Source of the DNA: an uncultured bacterium
GTDB lineage: Bacteria; Patescibacteriota; Saccharimonadia; Saccharimonadales; Saccharimonadaceae
Assembly: GCA_903952435.1 (NCBI GenBank)
Contig: CAJBFN010000009.1
Coordinates: forward strand, 92-64,091
Reading direction: 5' to 3'
DNA: 64,000 nt
Of this stretch, positions 26,353-35,278 are shown piece by piece. The notes beneath the pieces were generated by a model. The model made no database searches. It was not told the origin of the DNA and saw only the letters and a program-made list of their open reading frames with translations. The translations under genes and the position numbers were made by a program. Within the stretch, counting starts at the first letter, position 1. Each line of letters opens with the position of its first letter.

Positions 26353-27867
26353 GTGGCTAAAGCATTATACCGAAAATATCGTAGTAAAAAGCTTGATGAA
26401 GTCATCGGTCAAAAACATATTACCGACATCTTGAAACGCGCTATTGAAACGGATAGCCTGTCACATGCCTATTTACTAACCGGCCCTCGCGGAGTCGGTA
26501 AGACCTCGGTTGCTCGAATCTTGGCTTACGAAATCAATAAATTAGAATATGATGAAAATGCTACTAATTTAGATATTATCGAAATTGATGCCGCCAGTAA
26601 TAATGGAGTTGAAGATGTTAGGGACTTGCGCGAAAAAGTCCAAATCGCGCCAGTTTCAGCTAGCAAAAAGATTTACATCATCGATGAAGTTCATATGTTA
26701 TCAAAGGCCGCATTCAATGCGTTACTAAAAACACTCGAGGAGCCGCCGTCTCATGTCATTTTTATCCTAGCAACAACTAATGTTGAAAAATTGCCCGCAA
26801 CTATTATCAGCCGTACGCAAAGATTTAGTTTTAGGCCGATTACCATCGAAGACGCCGTAAAGCACCTGGATTATATCGCAAAAGAAGAAAGTATAAAAAT
26901 CAACGACGAAGCTTTAAGATTAATCGCCCTACGCAGCGATGGTAGCTTCCGCGACAGCATAAGCTTACTGGATCAATTATCCAGCCTAGTTGATGCTGAC
27001 GGCTCCGAGATAACAGCTGAATTAATCGAGGAATCACTAGGCCTAGCACCACAAAAAACTATAAAACAAATCTTAGAAGCAGTTGAAAATCATAATATTA
27101 GCGAAATTGTCAGTAGCCTTAAAAACGCCTTCGATAAAGGTGCTAGCGTAGCAGTATTAGTTGAACAAGTAACAGGTTTAATTCGCGAAGAAATCGTAGA
27201 AAAACCACACTTATTGCCGTTGCTAGATTCAATTCTGGACGTCCCCAAAAGCCCGCAACCACAATTGAAGTTATTAAGCGTCCTAGGTATGGCCTCGACC
27301 CCTAAAACAACTCCAAAAACCGTCGCCTTATTAGCACCAGTCATGGAAGTTAGCGCCTCGGTCTTAAGCCTTGAAAAAAAAGCTCTAAAAAAAGGCAGTA
27401 AAGCCTTTGATGCGACTACTTCGAATGGTCCCCTGGAACCCGAGTCTGACCAGGCGCCGGGGCCCAATTCAGACCCGGAGCGAAGCAGGACCGTGAAAAG
27501 TAGTTCATCAAAAGGCGACAGGGTACTTACTAACCTAGAAAAAAACATAAATATAGATTTTGACTGGAATAAATTAATCGATTACACCAAACAAAATTAT
27601 GTCGCCCTTTATAGTGTTCTATCAAAATGTAATTATGAAATTGATGATAGCGAGCTGAATATCTATACAAATAGTAGTTTTTACAAGAAAAAACTCGATG
27701 ACCCAAAATATAGCGCCCTAATCAGTAAATGTATCCAAGATATTGGCAGTTTTGAACTTAATATCCACACAATACCCACACCACCTCCGTTAAAAGATAG
27801 CCAAGCGGCCGCAATTGCTGCTATTATGGGCGGAGGAGAAGAGGTTGCGCTAGAGCCCTCAGTTTAA
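26353..27867 (+). CDS. dnaX: DNA polymerase III subunit gamma/tau
   Basis: GTG start giving (M)AKALYRKYR; GPRGVGKTS Walker A; DEVHML; SRTQRF. Confidence 0.9.
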   Translation: MAKALYRKYRSKKLDEVIGQKHITDILKRAIETDSLSHAYLLTGPRGVGKTSVARILAYEINKLEYDENATNLDIIEIDAASNNGVEDVRDLREKVQIAPVSASKKIYIIDEVHMLSKAAFNALLKTLEEPPSHVIFILATTNVEKLPATIISRTQRFSFRPITIEDAVKHLDYIAKEESIKINDEALRLIALRSDGSFRDSISLLDQLSSLVDADGSEITAELIEESLGLAPQKTIKQILEAVENHNISEIVSSLKNAFDKGASVAVLVEQVTGLIREEIVEKPHLLPLLDSILDVPKSPQPQLKLLSVLGMASTPKTTPKTVALLAPVMEVSASVLSLEKKALKKGSKAFDATTSNGPLEPESDQAPGPNSDPERSRTVKSSSSKGDRVLTNLEKNINIDFDWNKLIDYTKQNYVALYSVLSKCNYEIDDSELNIYTNSSFYKKKLDDPKYSALISKCIQDIGSFELNIHTIPTPPPLKDSQAAAIAAIMGGGEEVALEPSV

Positions 27868-27873
27868 AGCACT

Positions 27874-29223
27874 ATGGCCACAAAAGAGGTAGTAGCAGGG
27901 AAGGTTCCACCACAAAATCTGGACGCCGAGAAAAGTTTACTCGGTGCAGTTTTAATTGACGAAGAAACCTTAGCAGATATTTCTGAACACGTAACGCCAA
28001 AAGATTTTTACGAAAAAACTCACGGAATTATTTATGGCGCCATGATGCGTCTGTACGAAAGACACAAACCTGTCGATTTATTGACGTTAACGGATGAATT
28101 AAAGCGCAAAAAAGAGCTTGATTTAGTTGGAGGCTCGGCCTATTTAACAGATCTAACTAATTATGTGCCGACTGCCGCCCATGCCGAAGCTTACGCCGAA
28201 TTAGTTGCCCAAAAAGCCGTTCGTCGAAGATTGATTCGTGCCAGTGGCGAGATATCCGAACTGGGGTATGATGAGGAAACAACAACCCAAGAACTACTTG
28301 AAAAAGCCGAGGCTGAACTGTTTTCAGTCAGCGACCAGTCATTAAAACAAGACTTAGTTAGTATCGAAACTATCTTAACTGAAAGCTTTGACCGCATGGA
28401 AGAATTACACCGCAACAAAGGATCATTGCGCGGCGTTCGAACTGGCTATCGCGATCTTGATAATATGACCGCTGGATTACAACGAAGTGATCTTATTATC
28501 CTGGCAGCTCGTCCTGCAATGGGTAAAACCACCCTTGTGACCAACTTGGCCTATAACGTCGCGACTGTCGCCAAACAGCCAGTACTGTTTTTCAGCCTTG
28601 AGATGAGCAAAGAACAGCTAGTTGACCGTATGTTGGCTGATGCGTCAGGTGTTGACGCCTGGAATATTCGTACTGGTAATTTATCTGATGAAGATTTTGG
28701 CAAATTATCCGAAGCAATGGGCGAGTTAGCCGAAGCACCAATCTTTATTGATGACACGCCAGGACTTTCGGTGTTAGAAATGCGCACCAAAGCCCGCCGC
28801 GCCATGCACGAAAACCCACTAGGGCTAGTGATCGTCGACTACCTACAACTAATGCAAGGTTCGGGACGAGACGGCGGCAACCGTGTTCAAGAGGTGAGTG
28901 AAATCTCACGAGGCTTAAAACTTATTGCTAGGGAATTAAATGTCCCTGTTATTGCACTGTCACAATTATCACGATCGGTTGAATCACGCAGTCCACAAAT
29001 TCCACAACTGGCCGACCTTCGTGAATCTGGATCAATCGAGCAAGACGCCGATATCGTTATGTTTATCTACCGTGAAGCCTATTATAATCCTGAAACTGAG
29101 CGCGAGAATATAACCGACCTAATTATCGCCAAACATCGTAACGGTCCAACTGGCAAGGTTGAATTATACTTCCACCCAGAGCGCCTACGCTTCGTATCAC
29201 TTGACCGCAAACACGACGCCTAG
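27874..29223 (+). CDS. dnaB: replicative DNA helicase DnaB
   Basis: PPQNLDAEKSLLGA N-terminus; ARPAMGKTT Walker A; DYLQLM; SQLSR. Confidence 0.95.
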   Translation: MATKEVVAGKVPPQNLDAEKSLLGAVLIDEETLADISEHVTPKDFYEKTHGIIYGAMMRLYERHKPVDLLTLTDELKRKKELDLVGGSAYLTDLTNYVPTAAHAEAYAELVAQKAVRRRLIRASGEISELGYDEETTTQELLEKAEAELFSVSDQSLKQDLVSIETILTESFDRMEELHRNKGSLRGVRTGYRDLDNMTAGLQRSDLIILAARPAMGKTTLVTNLAYNVATVAKQPVLFFSLEMSKEQLVDRMLADASGVDAWNIRTGNLSDEDFGKLSEAMGELAEAPIFIDDTPGLSVLEMRTKARRAMHENPLGLVIVDYLQLMQGSGRDGGNRVQEVSEISRGLKLIARELNVPVIALSQLSRSVESRSPQIPQLADLRESGSIEQDADIVMFIYREAYYNPETERENITDLIIAKHRNGPTGKVELYFHPERLRFVSLDRKHDA

Positions 29224-29326
29224 AATAGCCTGGCTTATAGAAAATTAAACAAAGGGTTATTTTATAAAAATAAACTTTGCGGTGAATGACGCCGGCCGCT
29301 CAATCATGTTATAATTAAACACAAAT

Positions 29327-30760
29327 ATGAGTAATCTACATATTACTGATTCGTTTTTTTATCGCCACAGATATCTTGTAGGCTATAGTCTGGTAGCTAT
29401 AGGCTTGATAGCTGTATTATTATTTGCTGGGTTTTATTTACCAGGCGGCTTATCAACCGCCGAGATGCAATCAGCCATCAAAAGTGATTCTATAAATTTT
29501 TTTGATTTTAATACTTTTGCAATCACAAATCTGCCGTATCATCTTTTGCAAAAACTCAGCTTGGATACTTTTGGACTGTCAATTATCAGCATAAAATTAC
29601 CATCAATAATACTAGCTTTCTTCTCGGCAATCGGCATGGCGCTATTACTAGGTCGCTGGTTTAAAAGAAATATCAGTATTTTAGCCTCACTAATAGCCGT
29701 CACGACTGGACAATTTTTATTTATTGCCCAAGATGGTACACCTGGAATATTATATTTATTTTGGGCAGTGTGGCTAATGTTGCTAGCTGCAACTGTAATA
29801 ACACGACCAAAACGCAAAACTATTTTAAAAATTAGCTTTTTTATTATGGCAGCACTCAGTCTTTATACACCGCTTAGTATTTACATTTTAATAGCAATGC
29901 TAACATCAACTTTGTTACACCCACATTTAAGATATTTATTACGACAATTATCAAAACCAAAACTCATTATGGGGTTAGTTTTTGCCGCTATCTTGACCAT
30001 ACCCCTAGTTATGGCCTGCTGGAAAGACATAAGCCTAGCGTTGACATTACTTGGTGTTCCGTCACAATTGCCTGATTTTATGACAAATCTTAGCTCACTA
30101 GGATCGCAGTATTTTGGGTTCACAAGGCCAAAAGGCATAACAATGATAACGCCAGTTTTTGCGCTAGGTTCAATGCTAATAATAGGGCTTGGAATATTCA
30201 ACACTATAAAAAACCATTCAACCGCCAGAAGTTACATAATCCTGACCTGGATGTTGTGTTTAGCGCCGTTTATAATCCTAAACCCAAGTTTTAATATAAT
30301 AATGTTCTTGCCTTTGGTTTTATTGCTGGCATCTGGCCTAAAATATCTACTTTCTTACTGGTATAACCTATTCCCGAACAATCCATACGCCCGGATTGGC
30401 GGTCTAATACCAATCATTATACTTGTGGGCGCACTTGTCATCTCTGGCGCCGACCGTTATTTATATGGATATAGATATGATCCAGACATTGCGCCCTTAT
30501 TTTCACGAGATATTAATTTAATTCCAAAAGACACTAAAAAATTAATTGTATCATTAAACGAAATACCATTTTTTGGCCTGATAGAAAAATATAATAAAAA
30601 TATAAAAATCAGCACCGATATTTCAACTAATGATGAATCTTTTATGATAACCAAAGAAGCTAAAAAAGATTTCGCTGGCTATAAAATAGACAAAATCATC
30701 ACAACCTCAAGCCAAAAAAATAGTGACCGCTTTTATTTATACAAAAAGGCAACAGATTAA
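29327..30760 (+). CDS. polytopic membrane protein (possibly GT-C/ArnT-like glycosyltransferase)
   Basis: At least 10 predicted TM helices plus a soluble C-terminal domain. The function is a guess from architecture. Confidence 0.55.
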   Translation: MSNLHITDSFFYRHRYLVGYSLVAIGLIAVLLFAGFYLPGGLSTAEMQSAIKSDSINFFDFNTFAITNLPYHLLQKLSLDTFGLSIISIKLPSIILAFFSAIGMALLLGRWFKRNISILASLIAVTTGQFLFIAQDGTPGILYLFWAVWLMLLAATVITRPKRKTILKISFFIMAALSLYTPLSIYILIAMLTSTLLHPHLRYLLRQLSKPKLIMGLVFAAILTIPLVMACWKDISLALTLLGVPSQLPDFMTNLSSLGSQYFGFTRPKGITMITPVFALGSMLIIGLGIFNTIKNHSTARSYIILTWMLCLAPFIILNPSFNIIMFLPLVLLLASGLKYLLSYWYNLFPNNPYARIGGLIPIIILVGALVISGADRYLYGYRYDPDIAPLFSRDINLIPKDTKKLIVSLNEIPFFGLIEKYNKNIKISTDISTNDESFMITKEAKKDFAGYKIDKIITTSSQKNSDRFYLYKKATD

Positions 30761-30802
30761 GATATAATTAGTAAATAATAAAATAGACCAAGGAGTAAAA
30801 TT

Positions 30803-31093
30803 ATGGCATTTGATCAAATAAAGATGATAAACCAGTTGCGAAAAGCTCAAAACGAACTAAAAAAAGAAATCGTCGAAGTTGAAGCTGGCGATGGCGCCGT
30901 TGTAGTGCAAATTACCGGCGAATTAAAGATTAAGAAAATTAACATTAACCCCGAACAAGTCGATCTAGAGGATATCGCTGAACTTGAAAGATGGTTAGAA
31001 ATCGCACTTCGCGATGGCCTAGCCAAGGCTCAAGAAATAGCCGCCGCAAAAATGAAACCACTCATGGGCGGTCTAGGTAACCTCGGGCTATAA
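30803..31093 (+). CDS. ybaB: YbaB/EbfC nucleoid-associated protein
   Basis: Size, sequence pattern, position before recR. Confidence 0.9.
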   Translation: MAFDQIKMINQLRKAQNELKKEIVEVEAGDGAVVVQITGELKIKKININPEQVDLEDIAELERWLEIALRDGLAKAQEIAAAKMKPLMGGLGNLGL

Positions 31094-31103
31094 AGGAAAA
31101 ACC

Positions 31104-31718
31104 TTGTCACAATTATTACCATCGGCATTAACAGAAGCCATCGAAGAAATCGGGCGCCTGCCCGGAGTAGGCGAAAGGACAGCAGAGCGCTACGCTTATT
31201 TTTTATTGCGCGCCGATAAAAATCTTAGCGAAAAACTAGCTGGCGCTATTAGTAGATTGCATATTGGCGTCAAAAGTTGCCCGGTAACTTTTGCCCTAAT
31301 AGATGCCGACGAAGAAATATCCAGCCTTTATTCCGATTCGAGCCGAGATAAAACAACAATAGCCGTAGTTGAAGAGCCACTCGATATTGTCGCCCTAGAG
31401 CGCACAGGGCAGTTTCACGGCACGTATCACGTGCTAGGCGGAGCAATTAGCCCAATTGACGGGATTGGCCCCGAACAGCTTCATATACCCGAATTAATCG
31501 GACGAATTAAAAATGATAGCGTCCAAGAAATAATTATCGCTACCAATGCTAGTGTTGAAGGTGAATCGACTGCTATATTCTTGCAAAGACATGTTCTTGA
31601 CGCCGGTATAGATATTAAAATCACTAGATTAGCACGAGGCATTCCAGTCGGAGTTGACCTGGAATATGCCAGCCAAATAACATTAACACACGCCCTAGAC
31701 GGCAGAAGGGCATTTTAA
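31104..31718 (+). CDS. recR: recombination protein RecR (Cys4 zinc finger not conserved)
   Basis: TTG start; HhH N-terminus LPGVGERTAER; Toprim region YHVLGGAISP..G.GP. Only one Cys where the C4 finger is expected. Confidence 0.9.
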   Translation: MSQLLPSALTEAIEEIGRLPGVGERTAERYAYFLLRADKNLSEKLAGAISRLHIGVKSCPVTFALIDADEEISSLYSDSSRDKTTIAVVEEPLDIVALERTGQFHGTYHVLGGAISPIDGIGPEQLHIPELIGRIKNDSVQEIIIATNASVEGESTAIFLQRHVLDAGIDIKITRLARGIPVGVDLEYASQITLTHALDGRRAF

Positions 31719-31719
31719 A

Positions 31720-32718
31720 ATGTACGAAAAAGCAAAAGAATTAATCAGCGCTGCTAAAAAAGTATTAATTATCCAAGCCGAGAATCCAGACGGCGACTCT
31801 CTTGGCAGTGCCTTGGCACTAGAAGAAATTTTAGGTGACCTGGGTAAAAAAATATCGCTATATTGCCCAGTCGAAATCCCAAAATATTTAAGATACATAA
31901 AAGGCTGGGATCGAGTTGAGGCTAAATTCGATACAAATGCCGATTTGGCAATTATTGTCGATACAACCGCCGACGTGTTATTAACTAAAACTATGGAAAC
32001 TCCAGGTGCTAAACATTTTTTGGAAAGTCATCCAGTCTTAGTTATCGACCACCACAAAACCGAATCAAACTTAAATTTTAAGATAACTTTATTAACCGAA
32101 GAAGCCGTCGCTACTAGCGATTTAATCTACAAACTAACAATTGACGCTGGCTGGAAAATAAACCAACAAGCAGCTGAAAATATGTTGGTAGCACTGATGA
32201 GCGACAGTCTTGGCTTTACGACTCAAAATGTATCAACCCAAACATTTATGATTGCTAGTAAATTAACCGAACTTGGCGCCAATAGTTCCATAATTGAATC
32301 TCGTCGTCGCGAATTTATGAAAAAAGCGCCAGAGATATTAAAATATAAGGGAATTTTGATTGAACGAATTGAATATTTTTTGGACGGCAAATTAGCCTTA
32401 ATCCGTATTCCTTTTGAGGAGATCCAGCAATACAGCGATAAATACAACCCAAGCGTATTAGTTCTAGACGAAATGCGTCTAGTCGAAGGCGTCGAAGTTG
32501 GCATAGCTATCAAAACTTATCCCGACGGACGGCTAACTGGTAAATTACGCAGCAACCTGCCAATATCCGCTACTATCGCTGGATTCTTTGGCGGTGGCGG
32601 ACACGATTACGCTGCCGGCTTTCGCGTTTATGAACCAATTGATACAATTATCCCAGAGCTACTGGACGCCACAGACAAAGCCATAAAAGAGGTAAATGAA
32701 AATGCTAAAGTTTTATAA
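31720..32718 (+). CDS. DHH-family phosphoesterase (NrnA-like)
   Basis: DGDSLGS, DHH (VIDHHKT), GGGH motifs. Confidence 0.85.
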   Translation: MYEKAKELISAAKKVLIIQAENPDGDSLGSALALEEILGDLGKKISLYCPVEIPKYLRYIKGWDRVEAKFDTNADLAIIVDTTADVLLTKTMETPGAKHFLESHPVLVIDHHKTESNLNFKITLLTEEAVATSDLIYKLTIDAGWKINQQAAENMLVALMSDSLGFTTQNVSTQTFMIASKLTELGANSSIIESRRREFMKKAPEILKYKGILIERIEYFLDGKLALIRIPFEEIQQYSDKYNPSVLVLDEMRLVEGVEVGIAIKTYPDGRLTGKLRSNLPISATIAGFFGGGGHDYAAGFRVYEPIDTIIPELLDATDKAIKEVNENAKVL

Positions 32719-34147
32719 CACATTAACTGGTCACGTCGACGAATTTGTATCACAGATCCCCGAAAAAGCGTCAGTTTATACCTGCGGCCCAACGGTTTAT
32801 GACTATCCGCATATAGGCAACTGGGCTGCTTATATATATTGGGATATCCTAATTAGGATTTTAGAGGCTAATAACTACAAAGTGGCCAGAGTTATGAATA
32901 TAACCGATGTTGGCCATTTAACTAGCGATGCCGATAGTGGCGAAGACAAACTTGAAAAAGGCGCCAAACGTGAAGGCAAAAGTGCTTGGGATGTAGCTAA
33001 ATTTTACAGCGAATATTTTTTACAAGGGATGAAAAAATTAAACCTAATTGAGCCACAATATATTACCAAAGCGACCGAATATATTCCGCAACAGCTTGAT
33101 TTAATTCGAAAACTAAAAGCAAAAGGCTACACATATCAGACTAGTGACGGTATTTATTATGACACTTCAAAATTCATCCAATACGCTGATTTTGCACATC
33201 TTGATTTATCTGCTCAAAAATCCGGCGCTCGAGTTGAAACAAACCCCGAAAAGCGAAATCCTAGTGATTTTGCGCTATGGAAATTTTCTCCAGACGATGA
33301 AAAACGCGATATGGAGTGGGAAACGCCAATCGATTTATTAGAAAGTAACGATAACGGCGAGATTATGGGATTTCCTGGTTGGCACCTTGAATGTAGTGCT
33401 ATGGCGATGAGCATCCTGGGCGAAACAATCGATATTCACACTGGCGGTATAGATGCTATACCAGTCCATCACACCAATGAAATTGCTCAATCTGAAGCTA
33501 TAACCGGAGTCAGGTTTAGTGATTATTGGCTACATAATAACTTTCTAAAAGTTGATGGAACCAAAATGAGTAAATCATTGGGCAATCTGTACAAAATCGA
33601 AGACCTTGAAGAGCGAGGTTTTAGTCCAGCTGATTTTCGCATGTTAATACTGCAAGGTAATTATCGAAATGAAGGTAATTTTACATTTGAAAACCTACAG
33701 GCTGCTAAAAATCGACTAAATAACTGGCTAAATTTTGCCGCATTGCGCCATCAAATTCACAATAATTCGCCAAACAAGGATAAGGCTGTATCTTTTTACG
33801 CAACATCTCAGGCCATCAAAGAAGCTGTCGATGACGATCTTGGAACACCAGCGGCACTTAGGATTATCGATGAAGCTTTTTCGAAACTATCCACCGCTGT
33901 ACTGATCGATATTGACCGACCATCATTAGTGCAATTATTAGAGACAATCGATTTACTTTTGGGCTTCGAACTGATAAATAATTCACCAGATATTGCCGAT
34001 GAAACAAAGCAGATTATTCTAGAGAGAAATCAAGCGCGAGCCCAGAAAAACTGGAAAAAATCAGACGAACTTCGCAACCAACTAGCTAATGAAAAAATTG
34101 TAATTCGCGACACAGCCAACGACAGTATTTGGGAATACGATTTTTAA
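32696..34147 (+). CDS. cysS: cysteine--tRNA ligase
   Basis: HIGN and KMSKS motifs; the start could be 32702. Confidence 0.95.
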   Translation: MKMLKFYNTLTGHVDEFVSQIPEKASVYTCGPTVYDYPHIGNWAAYIYWDILIRILEANNYKVARVMNITDVGHLTSDADSGEDKLEKGAKREGKSAWDVAKFYSEYFLQGMKKLNLIEPQYITKATEYIPQQLDLIRKLKAKGYTYQTSDGIYYDTSKFIQYADFAHLDLSAQKSGARVETNPEKRNPSDFALWKFSPDDEKRDMEWETPIDLLESNDNGEIMGFPGWHLECSAMAMSILGETIDIHTGGIDAIPVHHTNEIAQSEAITGVRFSDYWLHNNFLKVDGTKMSKSLGNLYKIEDLEERGFSPADFRMLILQGNYRNEGNFTFENLQAAKNRLNNWLNFAALRHQIHNNSPNKDKAVSFYATSQAIKEAVDDDLGTPAALRIIDEAFSKLSTAVLIDIDRPSLVQLLETIDLLLGFELINNSPDIADETKQIILERNQARAQKNWKKSDELRNQLANEKIVIRDTANDSIWEYDF

Positions 34148-35244
34148 ACTACCGGTTTAATCTCAGGCTGATCGTGAAGTTGTGATCTTGATAGATAGTT
34201 ATCAAGCAAAATCCTGATACATCCTGCAATTGGAATCGATATAATACCGCCGGCTATGCCGAACAGCACGATTCCAAGAGTCACCGAAACTAATATTACT
34301 AAAGGTGATAAGTTTAACTTTTTTGATTGAATTTTTGGACCTATAAAATTAGCTTCAACCTGCTGGTAAATTATACAGATAGCTATAAATATTAGACCGG
34401 CAGTTGGGTTATTAATAGCTAAAGCCAGCCCCATAGATGCAGAGCCAATAAACGCACCAAAGAACGGAATTAAAGACATTACAAAAACAATCGCAGCCGT
34501 AGGAATAACCAAACTAAACGGCGTATTCATAGTAAGACTTAATATAAATACAATAATACCAGCAAATAATCCGGCAATAGTAGATATAGTTAATTGTCCA
34601 GCAACATAGCTAGTTACTACGCTATACATGCGTTGCACTATATCACGATGTTTAGACATAGCGACCTTGTTATTATAAAGACCCCAAATTTGTTTTATCC
34701 AGCCAGGCCCCTCGACTAACATTAAGAAGGTCAGAGCTAAAACAATAATCATTGTAGTTATAAAATATAATACCGATCCTATGCCAGCTATTAGATTAGA
34801 GCCTATACCAGACGCAAAATGGGTGGCACTAGTTTTAATCGAATTAATTACTTCATCAACCTGCAGCTGTAAATTATAACTAGAGGCTAAATCCTTCAGC
34901 CCGGAGTATTGTGCAGTTGCAGAATCTAGCAATGAAGGTAGTGTATTAATAAACTTAGATGTCTGTTCTAAAACTGGAGGAATAACTAAAAATACTACTA
35001 CCCCAATTGCAAATAACACAACTGCATAAGCGATAGCGGTACCAGCAACGCGGCTTTTGCTATTTAGCCTTTTAGCAATACGACTAACTGATGGATTTAA
35101 AGCAATTGCCAAAAAAAACGACAAACCAATTATAACTAATGCTGGCCAGGCGCTATAAATTGCAAAACCAGCCAAACCAAAGCCGATTACAACTAACCAA
35201 AATCTAATAAAGGTTTTCGTATCGATATTTATATTATCTTTCAT
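34144..35244 (-). CDS. AI-2E family transporter (PerM/UPF0118)
   Basis: About 8 TM helices with the family-typical layout. Confidence 0.8.
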   Translation of the reverse strand: MKDNINIDTKTFIRFWLVVIGFGLAGFAIYSAWPALVIIGLSFFLAIALNPSVSRIAKRLNSKSRVAGTAIAYAVVLFAIGVVVFLVIPPVLEQTSKFINTLPSLLDSATAQYSGLKDLASSYNLQLQVDEVINSIKTSATHFASGIGSNLIAGIGSVLYFITTMIIVLALTFLMLVEGPGWIKQIWGLYNNKVAMSKHRDIVQRMYSVVTSYVAGQLTISTIAGLFAGIIVFILSLTMNTPFSLVIPTAAIVFVMSLIPFFGAFIGSASMGLALAINNPTAGLIFIAICIIYQQVEANFIGPKIQSKKLNLSPLVILVSVTLGIVLFGIAGGIISIPIAGCIRILLDNYLSRSQLHDQPEIKPVV

Positions 35245-35278
35245 ATTAACTATTATAGCATTTAAAAAATCTTAGAAT

